From IMG/VR virus record IMGVR_UViG_3300037440_000319, positions 1 to 52,850 of that record: a stretch of 52,850 bases of DNA. One strand, 5' to 3'. This document shows positions 1 through 9,954 of this stretch, piece after piece. The translations under genes and the position numbers were made by a program. The notes under the pieces are model-generated. The model searched no databases, was not told the DNA's origin, and saw only the letters and a program-made list of their open reading frames with translations. Positions within the stretch are counted from its first letter, which is position 1; the number at the start of each line of letters is the position of its first letter. Origin of the DNA: a virus (taxonomy: Duplodnaviria > Caudoviricetes).

Positions 1-2
1 GC

Positions 3-2048
3 CTGTCTGCGCAGGGACTCCGGGATCAGATCCGCGAGGAGGGCCTGCTCGCCACCCTGGAGACCCTCACCGCTGCATTCGGTGACAACGAGGAGGCCCA
101 GGCCCTCGTATTCGGCAACGTGCGGGCGCTGTCCGGCGTGATGGACCTCATGGGGGCCAACTCGGCCACGACGGCGGAGATATTCGCCGAACTGACCGAT
201 TCGACGGGAGCCCTCGACGCCGCGTTCGAGGAGACCTCGGACACCGCCCAGTTCCAGCTCAACCAGGTGCTGGCGGAGCTCAAGGATCTCCTGCTGGAGA
301 TCGGGCAGAGCCTGCTACCGATCGTGGTCGACGCGCTGAGCCGGGTACGCGACGTCATCTCCCGGCTCCGCACCGCCTGGGAGGGCCTGTCCGACTCCCA
401 GCGGGAACTGATCATCAGGATCGCGGGGATCGCGGCGGCTATCGGGCCGCTCCTCGTCGGCCTCGGCACCCTGCTCGCCACCTTCGGCGGAATGATCACC
501 CTGATCGGTCGGCTCGCCCCGCTGTTCGCCGCGCTCACCGGACCCGTCGGCATCGTCATCGCCGTGATCGGCCTGCTGGCCGCTGCATTCCTAGCCGCTG
601 ACGGAGACATCTCCGGGTTCGCGGACAACATGGTCAACTCGATCACCGGCATCGTCGAGAAGATCAGCGAACGGCTGCCGGTGATAATTCCGCAGGTCGT
701 GACCTTCCTGATCGACCTGATCGACACCCTGGCAACAACCCTCACCACTCTCCTGCCGGTGGTCGTGTCCGCGGCCGTGGAGCTGTTCCAGGGACTCGTC
801 GACGGCCTGGTCCAGGTGCTCCCGGTGCTGCTCGACGCCGCGATAACGACCGTCCAGTCCGTGGCAACGACAGTCGTCGAGAACCTCCCGCTGCTCGTCC
901 AGTCCGGGATCGACCTGCTCAACGCGATCGTCGACGGGCTACTGGAGACCCTGCCGGTCCTGATCGAGTTCATCACCAGCGACCTGATCCCCACGATGCT
1001 CGACACGATCGTTCAGCTACTCCCGATGATCCTGGAGGCGGGCATCGAGATCCTGCAGCAACTGCTACAGGGACTCGTCGACGCGCTACCGCAGATCATC
1101 ACGTTCATCGCCGAGGAGCTGATCCCGCAGATCGCGGACACCATCGTCGAGCTATTGCCAGTAATTCTGGAGGCCGGGACTCTGCTGATCATCGCCGTGA
1201 TTGAGGGCATGGTCCAGGTGATGCCGCAGCTCGTCGGGGCGATCGTCACGCAGATCATCCCCGCGGTAATCGGCGCGCTGATAAGCGCTATCCCGCAGCT
1301 AGTCGGTGCAGGCGCGCAGTGGTCGATCGGAATCCTGACCGGCCTACAGGACCAGCTCCATCGGCTCCTCGCGTTCTTCGGTTCCCTGCCGGGGCGGGCG
1401 CTCGCGGCGGCGTCTCAGTTCGTGGCGACGATGATTATGCTCGGCGCGCAGGCGATCGGCGGGCTGCTCGAAGGTATCGGGCGGCGGTTCACTGGGGTCG
1501 TCAACTGGTTCCGCAACCTCCCCGCCCGCGTGCGCAACGCGATCCCGAACCCGCTCGGCATCCTGATCAGCATCGGCGCCTCGATCATGTCCGGCCTGCT
1601 CAGCGGTCTACAGAGCAAGTGGGAGGACGTCAAGGGTTTCGTCTCGTCGCTCGGCGCCACGATCCGGAACCTCAAGGGCCCCGAGGACGTCGACCGCAGG
1701 CTACTCGTCGGCGCCGGCCAACTGATCATGCAGGGTCTGCAGCGCGGCATCCGCGATGAGATGGACAACCTGACCAGCTTGCTTCGCGAGGTCAGCGGCA
1801 CGATCGCACTTGACGATGTACGAGCAGCGCCTCAGATCCGCGCCGAGACCCTACTCGGTTCGACCGTCGCTGCTGCTGCGGTGACCGCGGCGGGACCAGG
1901 GATCAGCGGCGGCACGTTCGTCGGTGACCTCTACTTGGATAGCGGCGAGTTCCTCGGCGTGGTTAGGGGAGAGGTCCGACAAGAGATCAACGAGCACGAC
2001 CGGAATATCAAGCGAAAGATTACGTCGGGGACGGAGCTGGCGCGATGA
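3..2048 (+). CDS. Tape measure protein, C-terminal part (5' truncated by the window edge)
   Basis: Frame is open from base 3 (LSAQGLRDQIREEGLL...VFGNVRAL, TP901-type core); long amphipathic helical repeats; C-terminal KGPEDVDRRLLVGAGQLIMQGL motif; directly upstream of tail genes. Confidence 0.92.
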   Translation: MSAQGLRDQIREEGLLATLETLTAAFGDNEEAQALVFGNVRALSGVMDLMGANSATTAEIFAELTDSTGALDAAFEETSDTAQFQLNQVLAELKDLLLEIGQSLLPIVVDALSRVRDVISRLRTAWEGLSDSQRELIIRIAGIAAAIGPLLVGLGTLLATFGGMITLIGRLAPLFAALTGPVGIVIAVIGLLAAAFLAADGDISGFADNMVNSITGIVEKISERLPVIIPQVVTFLIDLIDTLATTLTTLLPVVVSAAVELFQGLVDGLVQVLPVLLDAAITTVQSVATTVVENLPLLVQSGIDLLNAIVDGLLETLPVLIEFITSDLIPTMLDTIVQLLPMILEAGIEILQQLLQGLVDALPQIITFIAEELIPQIADTIVELLPVILEAGTLLIIAVIEGMVQVMPQLVGAIVTQIIPAVIGALISAIPQLVGAGAQWSIGILTGLQDQLHRLLAFFGSLPGRALAAASQFVATMIMLGAQAIGGLLEGIGRRFTGVVNWFRNLPARVRNAIPNPLGILISIGASIMSGLLSGLQSKWEDVKGFVSSLGATIRNLKGPEDVDRRLLVGAGQLIMQGLQRGIRDEMDNLTSLLREVSGTIALDDVRAAPQIRAETLLGSTVAAAAVTAAGPGISGGTFVGDLYLDSGEFLGVVRGEVRQEINEHDRNIKRKITSGTELAR

Positions 2049-3487
2049 CGATCGCACTCGCGTATAACGACGACCTGAGTCGGGTACAGATCACGTTAAC
2101 GAGCATGGATCATGACGGCCTTGTTCGCGTTGAGCGGTCCACCAATCAGCTATTCTGGCAGACCGTCCGCGGCGGAGTTATCTTGCCGATCGACAGCGGC
2201 GCAGGCGCACTGGACGACTACGAGTTCTCTGCCAACGTCCAGAACTTCTACCGGGTGATCTCGGTAGACCCGGAGCCGGGGCTGCTACTTCCTGGCGCGG
2301 CAGGCGACTACGCATCGACGCCGGATCACGCCAGCCTCGACATCGTCGGGGATATCGACCTGGCTGTTGAGGCTACGCTGGCGGACTGGTCGTCGGGCAG
2401 CATCCAGAACTTCATCGGCAAGAGCAACGCGGCGGCCACCCAGAACTCGTACCGGCTTCGTGTAACCGCGACCGGCTTCCTGGAAATATCGTGGACCGAA
2501 GACGGCTCCACAGTGAAGGCCCGCACCTCTACCGTTGCACTGCCGGTGGACTCCGGGCGTCTGGCAGTGCGGGCCACCCTCGACGTAGACAACGGAGCTT
2601 CCGGGCACACTGTCACCTTCGACACAGCAGCGTCGATTGACGGACCTTGGACACCGCTCGGCGATCCGGTTGTCACAGCTAGCACCACCTCAATCTTCTC
2701 CGGCACGGCTGGGCTGGTTGTCGGTGCTGCTGTAGACGACGGTTCGACTCATCCGGTGACCGGCACTATCCACAAGGCATATGTCAAGAGCGGCATCGCC
2801 GGGACCGTCGCAGCCGACCCGGACTTCGCCGCACAGGCACACGGCGCGACCAGCTTCGCCGACTCGACCAGCAAGACGTGGACGATCAACGGCAACGGGG
2901 AAGTCATCGGCGAGGTCCTAGAGGCCGACTCGATCACACCGGACCTTGAGGGTGAGACGTGGATCAAGTCGATTCGCTACCCGTTCCTGAACCGACCGAG
3001 CGAATGTAATGCCTGGGACGAGATAACACGGGCGGCCCGGACTGGAATCCACCCTATCTCTGGCCGCTCAGCACCGATCGCGGTGACCGACCTGCGCCTC
3101 GGTCAACGATTCACGCTGACCGTGGTGACCCGCACTCTTGAACAGGCACGTGACTTCGACTTGATCCTCGCCTCGGGAGCAGTGATGTTCATCCAGACCC
3201 CGCCAGAAACACCGGAGGAGTGCGCCAAGGTCTCAGCGATTCCCGGAGGGTACGTGGTATTTGAGGATACGGTTCAACGCCGCATACTGCCCGGGTCTCA
3301 GGAGATGGTCTGGATCCTGCCGTGTGCGGTAATCGCACCCCCCGAGGCGACGGTCGTTGGCACGACGATGACATGGGCTACGATCTTTGACCTCTACGGC
3401 AACTGGAACGCTGTTATCGCCGCGAACCCAACCTGGGCAGACCTGCTAGCCGGTGTCGCTAGCCCCAACGACCTAGTGGTGTTGTGA
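2045..3487 (+). CDS. Minor tail protein (distal-tail-like) with inserted LamG/ConA-like domain
   Basis: ATGA overlap with the tape measure gene; actinophage tail-type N- and C-terminal parts flank a beta-rich YASTPDHASLDIVGDIDL insert. Confidence 0.75.
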   Translation: MTIALAYNDDLSRVQITLTSMDHDGLVRVERSTNQLFWQTVRGGVILPIDSGAGALDDYEFSANVQNFYRVISVDPEPGLLLPGAAGDYASTPDHASLDIVGDIDLAVEATLADWSSGSIQNFIGKSNAAATQNSYRLRVTATGFLEISWTEDGSTVKARTSTVALPVDSGRLAVRATLDVDNGASGHTVTFDTAASIDGPWTPLGDPVVTASTTSIFSGTAGLVVGAAVDDGSTHPVTGTIHKAYVKSGIAGTVAADPDFAAQAHGATSFADSTSKTWTINGNGEVIGEVLEADSITPDLEGETWIKSIRYPFLNRPSECNAWDEITRAARTGIHPISGRSAPIAVTDLRLGQRFTLTVVTRTLEQARDFDLILASGAVMFIQTPPETPEECAKVSAIPGGYVVFEDTVQRRILPGSQEMVWILPCAVIAPPEATVVGTTMTWATIFDLYGNWNAVIAANPTWADLLAGVASPNDLVVL

Positions 3488-4212
3488 TGCCTAATACTCC
3501 GATCTACGCCTTTCCGTTTGAGCGTCCACCGTTCTCGGGCAATCCAGACGAGCCTGGCATCACGCTCCACGGCGGATCGGCGGGCGGTAATCCGATCCTC
3601 GCCGAAGAGGTCGAGACCGAGATATCGCGCATTGACACTGACGTAGCGGACCTGCAGACACGCATGGCTGCGATGGAGGCAGGCACGTCGATGGTCGGCT
3701 GGGTGCCGGTTCAGGACGGAAGCAACACAGGCGCCAGCTTCGACATCGACCTGACTGACGGCGGCCGGTTCGCAGTCGGGGAGTTCGCCCTGGTGCGGCT
3801 GCACATGCGGCACGACCTGGACGCAGACGGATACGTCAACGTCCGGATCAACAACGACACCGCCGCGGTCTACCGCAATGCTCGGCTGGTGCATGACGCC
3901 TTGGGGAACCTGGACGACTCGGGGCATTCGGCGGCCTTGAACCGGTGGCAGCTCGGCCCAGGCGGGACCAACAGCACCAACAACTTCGTTGCCACCTTCT
4001 TCCACATGAACGGGAACTTCCTGCACGGCTTCCAGTCCCACGGCATGCAGCCGTCCAACACTGACTCGGTCCACCGCATCGCCGAGCACTGGGGATCGCT
4101 GACCGCGGCGCTGTCGGCGGCACCGTCAAGTCTGCGGATCTTCGCCACTGACGGGGCTACGAGCTTCTCAAACTCGTGGTGGTGGGCCGAGGGGTACCGG
4201 GTGCCAGCGTGA
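3487..4212 (+). CDS. Minor tail protein
   Basis: Position in tail operon; N-terminal TPIYAFPFE motif, short coiled coil, beta-rich C-terminus. Confidence 0.65.
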   Translation: MPNTPIYAFPFERPPFSGNPDEPGITLHGGSAGGNPILAEEVETEISRIDTDVADLQTRMAAMEAGTSMVGWVPVQDGSNTGASFDIDLTDGGRFAVGEFALVRLHMRHDLDADGYVNVRINNDTAAVYRNARLVHDALGNLDDSGHSAALNRWQLGPGGTNSTNNFVATFFHMNGNFLHGFQSHGMQPSNTDSVHRIAEHWGSLTAALSAAPSSLRIFATDGATSFSNSWWWAEGYRVPA

Positions 4213-6635
4213 CCGTAGTCAACATGGTGGTCGGGGCGACCACGCCAGACGGGGCGACGTTCGTCACCAAGGTCACTACGGGGCCGGTGCGGGTCGCCGT
4301 GGCCGACAACTCAGGCATGAGCTCTCCGGTGTTCACCGCCTCGCAGGCCGTCGACGCGCAGGGCGTAGCCAAGGTCAGTATCACCGGCCTGGACCCGTCT
4401 ACGGCGTACTGGTGGCAGGTCGAGGACAACTCGACGCTGGACACCTCAGTCACTGGACGGTTCACCACTCACCCGGCGCTCGGATCGCACGCCAGCTTCA
4501 CCATCGGAGTTGGCTTCTGTGCCGGGGCGACACCCGAGTATCCCGGCGTCGACGGGGGTGAGCTAGCGCAGAGCCGGGTATCGAACCACCCGATCTTCGA
4601 CACGATCCGCGAGGCTGACCCGCTGATGTTCGTCCACATCGGCGACTTCCACTACTACGACCTCGGCTCCGGGTCACACGGCATCGCAGGTGGCGGTTCA
4701 CTGGCCAACTACCGCACCAGCTACGACGACGTCCTGCTCCAGCCGCGGCAGCACCAGCTGTATCGAGAGGTGCCCTGGGCGTACGTGTGGGACGACCACG
4801 ACTACGGCCCGGACAACTCCGACGGCACCCTGACGGACAAGGCCAACGCCCAGGACGCCTATCGCGAGCGGGTGCCGCACTACCCGCTCGACGACGCCGA
4901 CGCGATCTACCAGTCGTGGCAGATCGGCCGCGTGCTGTTCGTCGCTGCCGACTCGCGCTCGGACCGCGACCCCAACTCCGACCCGCAGGGACCGAGCAAG
5001 ACGATGCTCGGGACGGCGCAGAAGGCGTGGTTCGAGAACCTGCTGGAGACCTCCACTGCAAAGGCACTGGTCTGGCTGATGCCGAGCGTCTGGCTGCACC
5101 CGGACGGCTCGGACACCTGGGCGTCATTCGCCGACGAACGGCAGGAGCTGGGCGCGATGCTGCTCGAACACGGCTGGGCCCACCGCACGGTCATGGTGTG
5201 CGGCGACCGGCACGCCGCCGCTATCGACTCCGGAATGGGCAACGACTGGGGCGGCTTCCCGGTGATGATCTCGGGCTCGCTGGACTCCTCGCCGTCCGAG
5301 GGCGACGTCGCCGGGTTCTACGATGTGCTGCCGTCGACCGGTGGGCGGAACAGGTACGGCACCGTCACCGTGACCGACCTAGGGACCGCTATCGTGGTCG
5401 AGCTGACAGCTCTGGACGGCACAGATGCGCTGGGCAGCCACTCCCTCGGGATCAGTATTGACGCGGCCACAGTAGTCGCACCAGACGCGCTGATCCGAAC
5501 ACTGTCCGGCTCACACAGGATCATCACCGAGGCCCGGATACTTGTTACGTTCCAGACCGGCGACGACCCAGACGGCGTTGAGATTCCTACCCTCGGAGGA
5601 GACGTTCGCTACGATGCCACAGCAAACGTGTTCGCCTCCGCAGGTTTAACTACCCGCGGCCATGACGGGCTCAACTCCCTATTCCCGCGCCGTGCCTCTG
5701 ATCTACTTGCCCCGTACGGCAACGAAATATTCATCCGCCGTGGCGTAGACATCGGCTCAACGGTGCTATGGACCCCGCTGGGCTACTTCCGACTGGATGT
5801 CACCGATCAGGACGGTGATAGCGACCAGCCAGTCACCCTCACCGGGCAGGACCGGATGGCTGGGATCATCGACGGACGGCTGGTTGAGCCGGTCCAGTTT
5901 GGCGCGACCCGCACATTCGCTTCGGTCGTAAACGAGCTGGTAGACGAGATATACCCGGACGCGGTAGTGCTATTCGATGATGACTCCGGCTCGCAGCAGA
6001 TCGGGCGGCAGATGGTAGTTGAGGAGGACCGGCACGCCGCGCTGCGCGATGTCGCCGAATCTCTCGGGAAGATCATCTATTGGGATAACGAGGGGTTCCT
6101 GCGGATCGAGGACGCGCCCGAGCCTGACGTGATCTCGTGGGAGATCAAGGCGGGCTATAAGGGTGTGCTCACCAGGTCTGGTCGCACCGTGTCGCGGGAG
6201 GGCATGAAGAACGGGTTCGTCGCCCGCGGCGAGGGCGCGTCGGAGAGCCCGGTTAGGGCGCTGGCGGTGGACATCGGGGTCAACTCGCCTACCCGGTGGG
6301 GCGGCAGGTTCGGGAAGGTGCCGGGCTTCTACTTCTCGCCGCTGCTGACCACCGAGACGATGGTCCGCAAGGCTGCGCAGTCAATGCTGCGCCGCCACAT
6401 CGGTATGCCGTACAACGTGTCATTCGGTAGCGTGCCCAACCCGGCGCTGCGGCCTCGCGACGTGGTGCGGATCACACAGAAAGACGGCAACCGGGAGAAG
6501 CACGTGGTGGAGACCTACACGGTGCCGCTGGCCGAGGATGTCGCTGCCAGCGGCACCACGAGGGAGCAGACGCTGATCTCGATCGGGCAACTCGTCGGTG
6601 AGTCGATCACGCTACCTGAACCGGAGGAGCCATGA
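4209..6635 (+). CDS. Tail protein: PhoD-like metallophosphoesterase fused to a DUF5047-like tail hub domain
   Basis: GTGA overlap start; PhoD motifs GDFHYYD, WDDHD, DSRSDR, MLGTAQKAW, DTW..F..ER, GDRH; C-terminal LAPYGNEIFIRRG, PLGYFR, GRFGKVPGFYFSPL, VPNPAL typical of actinophage tail hub proteins. Confidence 0.85.
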   Translation: MTVVNMVVGATTPDGATFVTKVTTGPVRVAVADNSGMSSPVFTASQAVDAQGVAKVSITGLDPSTAYWWQVEDNSTLDTSVTGRFTTHPALGSHASFTIGVGFCAGATPEYPGVDGGELAQSRVSNHPIFDTIREADPLMFVHIGDFHYYDLGSGSHGIAGGGSLANYRTSYDDVLLQPRQHQLYREVPWAYVWDDHDYGPDNSDGTLTDKANAQDAYRERVPHYPLDDADAIYQSWQIGRVLFVAADSRSDRDPNSDPQGPSKTMLGTAQKAWFENLLETSTAKALVWLMPSVWLHPDGSDTWASFADERQELGAMLLEHGWAHRTVMVCGDRHAAAIDSGMGNDWGGFPVMISGSLDSSPSEGDVAGFYDVLPSTGGRNRYGTVTVTDLGTAIVVELTALDGTDALGSHSLGISIDAATVVAPDALIRTLSGSHRIITEARILVTFQTGDDPDGVEIPTLGGDVRYDATANVFASAGLTTRGHDGLNSLFPRRASDLLAPYGNEIFIRRGVDIGSTVLWTPLGYFRLDVTDQDGDSDQPVTLTGQDRMAGIIDGRLVEPVQFGATRTFASVVNELVDEIYPDAVVLFDDDSGSQQIGRQMVVEEDRHAALRDVAESLGKIIYWDNEGFLRIEDAPEPDVISWEIKAGYKGVLTRSGRTVSREGMKNGFVARGEGASESPVRALAVDIGVNSPTRWGGRFGKVPGFYFSPLLTTETMVRKAAQSMLRRHIGMPYNVSFGSVPNPALRPRDVVRITQKDGNREKHVVETYTVPLAEDVAASGTTREQTLISIGQLVGESITLPEPEEP

Positions 6636-7894
6636 GCGACCTCGCACGGCTGCTTGTTCGGCAACCGCCACCGGGGCTTCGTTTCGGGCAGGGCCGCGTA
6701 GTGTCATGGGACCCGAGTGACTTTACTCATCGCATCGACTGGAACGGGGTGATCCTAGAGAACATCCCTGTGTTCTCTGGGGTGGACGCACTCGGGTTCC
6801 TACCCGGCACACCTATCGCGCTGCTCGGCTACGACGCCAGCGGCGGCAAGGGCGTCACGCAGTGGTTCGTCTTAGGCCGACTTGCCCTGCCCGGCATTGA
6901 CACGCCGAACATGGTTGTGCGGGGCAGCAACCTCGTCGTTGACGGCGGACAGCTCATCGTTGTGGGTGCTGGCGGGCTGCAGGTCAACAGCGGGGGCGAC
7001 CTTGAGGTCAATAGCGGAGGTGACCTGGAGGTCAACAGCGGGGGCGACCTGAATATCAATGACGGCGGCAACCTGTTCGTCAACGACGGCGGTGACGTCC
7101 TCGTCCGCGACGGCGGCAGCATCGTCATTGAGGACGAAGGGCGCTGGGAGTCCCACTACGGCGACGGCACCGTGAGTGCCGCGATGGGGCCGATCTGGAA
7201 CCCCGGACTCACCGCGATCACCGACGACGGCATCCTGGTGCAGGACAACAATGCAGGCGGCAACCTAGACATCTTCCGCGCCCTGCGGGACCGGACCACC
7301 GGTAACAAGGACATATTCGTCGGCCAGGGCTCGGGTAATCCGGTCGACGAGTTCTCCGTCAACGCCGACATTCTCATCCTGAACCGGACGACCGGTGCAG
7401 GGGTTGTCGTGTCCACCGACACCACCACCGACCCGGCCAACATGCGCGTCGTGGGGAACCTGCAACCGATGCTGCGAGTCACGTCCGCGGCCAAGTACAA
7501 GGTCGACATCACCGACCTCGTGATCGACCCGCAGGCGGTGCTGAAGCTGCGGCCGCGAGCCTGGCGGGACGCCGGGCAGGTCCAGCAGGACCCGGACATG
7601 GACCGCTGGACGGTCGGGTTCGTCGCCGAGGAGGTCGCTGAGGCGGGACTGACTCCGTTCGTGGACTACGACAGCGACGACAACCCGGAGTCGGTGGCGT
7701 ACGACCGGCTGGCCGTTGCCCTGCTGGCCGTTGTGCAGGACCAGGAGACCCGGCTGCAATCGCTTGAGGCGCGGGTGGCTGCCCTGGACGGTGAGCAGGC
7801 TCCGCGAGTTGCCGTGCAGCCGACAGAGCTGCCGAAGCGGCGCTTCGATCCGCCAGTCCAGATGAGTCAGATCAGCCAGGATAGAGGGCGTTGA
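6632..7894 (+). CDS. Tail fiber/spike with C-terminal intramolecular chaperone (peptidase S74-like)
   Basis: SAAKYKVDI...LRPRAW...GFVAEEV...VAYDRL plus terminal coiled coil; Gly-rich 8-aa repeats. Confidence 0.82.
   Translation: MSDLARLLVRQPPPGLRFGQGRVVSWDPSDFTHRIDWNGVILENIPVFSGVDALGFLPGTPIALLGYDASGGKGVTQWFVLGRLALPGIDTPNMVVRGSNLVVDGGQLIVVGAGGLQVNSGGDLEVNSGGDLEVNSGGDLNINDGGNLFVNDGGDVLVRDGGSIVIEDEGRWESHYGDGTVSAAMGPIWNPGLTAITDDGILVQDNNAGGNLDIFRALRDRTTGNKDIFVGQGSGNPVDEFSVNADILILNRTTGAGVVVSTDTTTDPANMRVVGNLQPMLRVTSAAKYKVDITDLVIDPQAVLKLRPRAWRDAGQVQQDPDMDRWTVGFVAEEVAEAGLTPFVDYDSDDNPESVAYDRLAVALLAVVQDQETRLQSLEARVAALDGEQAPRVAVQPTELPKRRFDPPVQMSQISQDRGR
6971..7118 (+). repeat. 24-bp (8-aa) tandem repeat in the tail fiber gene
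   Basis: GGLQVNS-GGDLEVNS-GGDLEVNS-GGDLNIND-GGNLFVND-GGDVLVRDGG; DNA units resemble gaggtcaacagcgggggcgacctg. Confidence 0.85.
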
Positions 7895-8450
7895 TCGTCG
7901 CGACGTCTAGGTCGGTGAGCCCGTAGTCGCCGTCGTCGATGGTGCCGTTCTCGTCGCGGCGCATCACTGAATCCTGGTCGGTGTGCGCGAGACCTATCGC
8001 GTGCCCGATCTCGTGCACGATCACCTTCTGCCACAGATCCTCTGAGTTGTCCCGCTGCGAGTTGAGCCAGATGAAGCCGCCCGGCGCGAGCACTAGCAAA
8101 TCCTCGTGATCGGTGAACGAGTCCTCAGATGGGATGTGGCAGCCGTTCGGCCCGTCGCACGGCAGGTCGTCCGTCGCGACGAGCGGCAGCATCGGCAACC
8201 CGTCCGGGCAGTCCGGCCACAGGTACAGCGTCACATTCGTCTGCTCGTACTCGGCGACAGCATCGGCCACCGGCATTCCATCGGTGTAGTCGGCCACGCA
8301 CAGCTCCGGTGAGCGAGACGGTAGGTAGCCGTACACGTAGTCGCCGGGCTGTTCGTCGGCTGCGGCACGCATGCCGCACGCTGCCGCTGCCACCAGTAGC
8401 ATGATCAGTGTCAGTGACCGGGCGGGTACGCCAGTACTGGCGATCGTCAT
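7872..8450 (-). CDS. Exported matrixin-like (metzincin) zinc metalloprotease
   Basis: HEIGHAIGLAH and SVM Met-turn; hydrophobic N-terminus ending AAACG; RBS gaggag before ATG 8450. Confidence 0.8.
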   Translation of the reverse strand: MTIASTGVPARSLTLIMLLVAAAACGMRAAADEQPGDYVYGYLPSRSPELCVADYTDGMPVADAVAEYEQTNVTLYLWPDCPDGLPMLPLVATDDLPCDGPNGCHIPSEDSFTDHEDLLVLAPGGFIWLNSQRDNSEDLWQKVIVHEIGHAIGLAHTDQDSVMRRDENGTIDDGDYGLTDLDVATINALYPG

Positions 8451-8470
8451 GTGAGCCACTCTCCTCTCAG

Positions 8471-8500
8471 TTCGTTTCCTGATAAGACCAAAGTAGCACA
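8471..8500 (-). promoter_or_regulatory. Promoter/leader motif (extended -10 TGcTACTTT followed by GGTCTTATCAGGAAA)
   Basis: Near-identical to the motifs at 15371-15416, 30922-30965 and 50227-50270. Confidence 0.7.
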
Positions 8501-8596
8501 GCTGGTCCGCGGAGAGCCGTGCCGGTTCTTGACCACGCTGATTGTAGGCTGCTCGCCAACTGCCGGATTCAGGCCTGGTAAGGAACGGTCCGCATA

Positions 8597-9253
8597 GTGA
8601 TCCCACGCATCTTCCACACGTTCTGGGACGGGCCGCCGATCCCCGAGGAGTTCGTCGAGTATCGCAGGCGGTGGGCGGAGCTCCATCCGAGGTGGCGGAT
8701 TCTGGTCTGGTCTGATGCCAGCTACCAGCGGGAGGTTATGTCGGCCCGCACGTCCCGGTACTACCGCGACCCGGCCCGCTGGTCTCCCAGGAGCAACGTT
8801 TGGCAGTGGCGTGCGGACATTGCCCGGTACGAGATCCTGGAGAAGTTCGGCGGCGTGTGGATCGACGCGGACCTAGAGCCGCTGAGGCCGATCGACTCGA
8901 TCGTGGAGCGGTGCTCGGCGTTCGCGGCCCGCGAGGATCAGCGGAACGTCAACAACGCGTTCATGGGCTGCGAGATCGGCCACCCGTTCATCGTGGACGT
9001 CATGGCCGGGCTCGGGGATCGGATCGTCCGCAATCGGCACTTGCGGGTCAACAGGTCCATCGGTGCGGGGTACCTCACGGCGGTGGCACAGCGTCACGAC
9101 GACCTGCTTGTCCTGCCGTCTGAGCTGGTCTACCCGTTCTCGTTCAACGAGCTGCACAGGCGAGATGAGTCGTTCCCCGAGGCGTTTACGAAGCACCATT
9201 GGAACAATCGCACGCAGGCGAGGCGTCGACAGCTCGCGCTGAGGCGCCGATGA
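8597..9253 (+). CDS. Glycosyltransferase, GT32/OCH1-like (DXD)
   Basis: IPRIFHTFW, ADIARYEILEKFGGVWIDAD, NNAFMG, HHW. Confidence 0.88.
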   Translation: MIPRIFHTFWDGPPIPEEFVEYRRRWAELHPRWRILVWSDASYQREVMSARTSRYYRDPARWSPRSNVWQWRADIARYEILEKFGGVWIDADLEPLRPIDSIVERCSAFAAREDQRNVNNAFMGCEIGHPFIVDVMAGLGDRIVRNRHLRVNRSIGAGYLTAVAQRHDDLLVLPSELVYPFSFNELHRRDESFPEAFTKHHWNNRTQARRRQLALRRR

Positions 9254-9954
9254 GTCTCGGTGTGCAGATCATGGCCCACCCGGCGAGGGTGAGCCTGGCT
9301 GAGGATCTGGCCGAGCGTCTCGGACTCGACGGCGGCGGGATCACCTGGGATCAGATCAACGACCCGTGGCACACGGGCGGGCGGGCGTGGCGCTCCCTCG
9401 CCGCCAGGGGGACTGACTGGTCAATGGTGATCCAGGACGACGTGCTGCCGTGCCGCGACCTGATCCCCGCGCTCACCGCGGCCCTGGAGCACGTCCCAGG
9501 GCAGGTGATCGTCTCTCCGTTCGTCGGCCGGAACCAGCCGCGAGGCTACGTGCGGCAGATCGCGGAGGCGGTCGAGCTGGCGAGGGTTAGGAACGCCTCG
9601 TGGATCATGACGGGGGCTCTGATGTGGGGCGTGGCGATCTGCGTGCCAACAGCCACCGTTGCCCCGATGGTGACTTGGTGCGAGCAGATGAACCAGTGGC
9701 GGTCCTACGACAAGCGGGTCGGCCAGTACTACAAGCGGCAGCACTACCGCACCTGGTACACGTGGCCGTCCCTCGTGGACCACCGGGACGTCCCGTCTCT
9801 GCTCGCCCACGTCAACGAGTTTCACATCCCGGAGCGGGTGGCGCACGAGTTCGTCGGCGAGGACACGTCGGCGCTCGGGCTGGACTGGTCGGGCCCGATC
9901 CAGCCGGTGTGGCCGGGTGGCTATCCGGAGGCGCAGGGTGTTCGACGCAGCTAG
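9250..9954 (+). CDS. Glycosyltransferase (actinophage GT-A type)
   Basis: IMAHPAR, QDD, WGVAICV, WPSLVDHRD; paralog of 11484-12197. Confidence 0.75.
   Translation: MSLGVQIMAHPARVSLAEDLAERLGLDGGGITWDQINDPWHTGGRAWRSLAARGTDWSMVIQDDVLPCRDLIPALTAALEHVPGQVIVSPFVGRNQPRGYVRQIAEAVELARVRNASWIMTGALMWGVAICVPTATVAPMVTWCEQMNQWRSYDKRVGQYYKRQHYRTWYTWPSLVDHRDVPSLLAHVNEFHIPERVAHEFVGEDTSALGLDWSGPIQPVWPGGYPEAQGVRRS

Noticed and set aside
26-1006. 326-aa minus-strand ORF
   Set aside because: Antisense shadow of the tape measure gene; Ser/Thr/Arg-rich, typical of high-GC codon bias
4209-5460. PhoD as a phosphate-scavenging auxiliary metabolic gene
   Set aside because: No Tat/Sec signal; fused in frame to a structural tail domain inside the tail operon
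6971-7118. Tandem repeats as a CRISPR array or DGR variable region
   Set aside because: In-frame coding repeats without spacers; no cas or reverse transcriptase genes in the window
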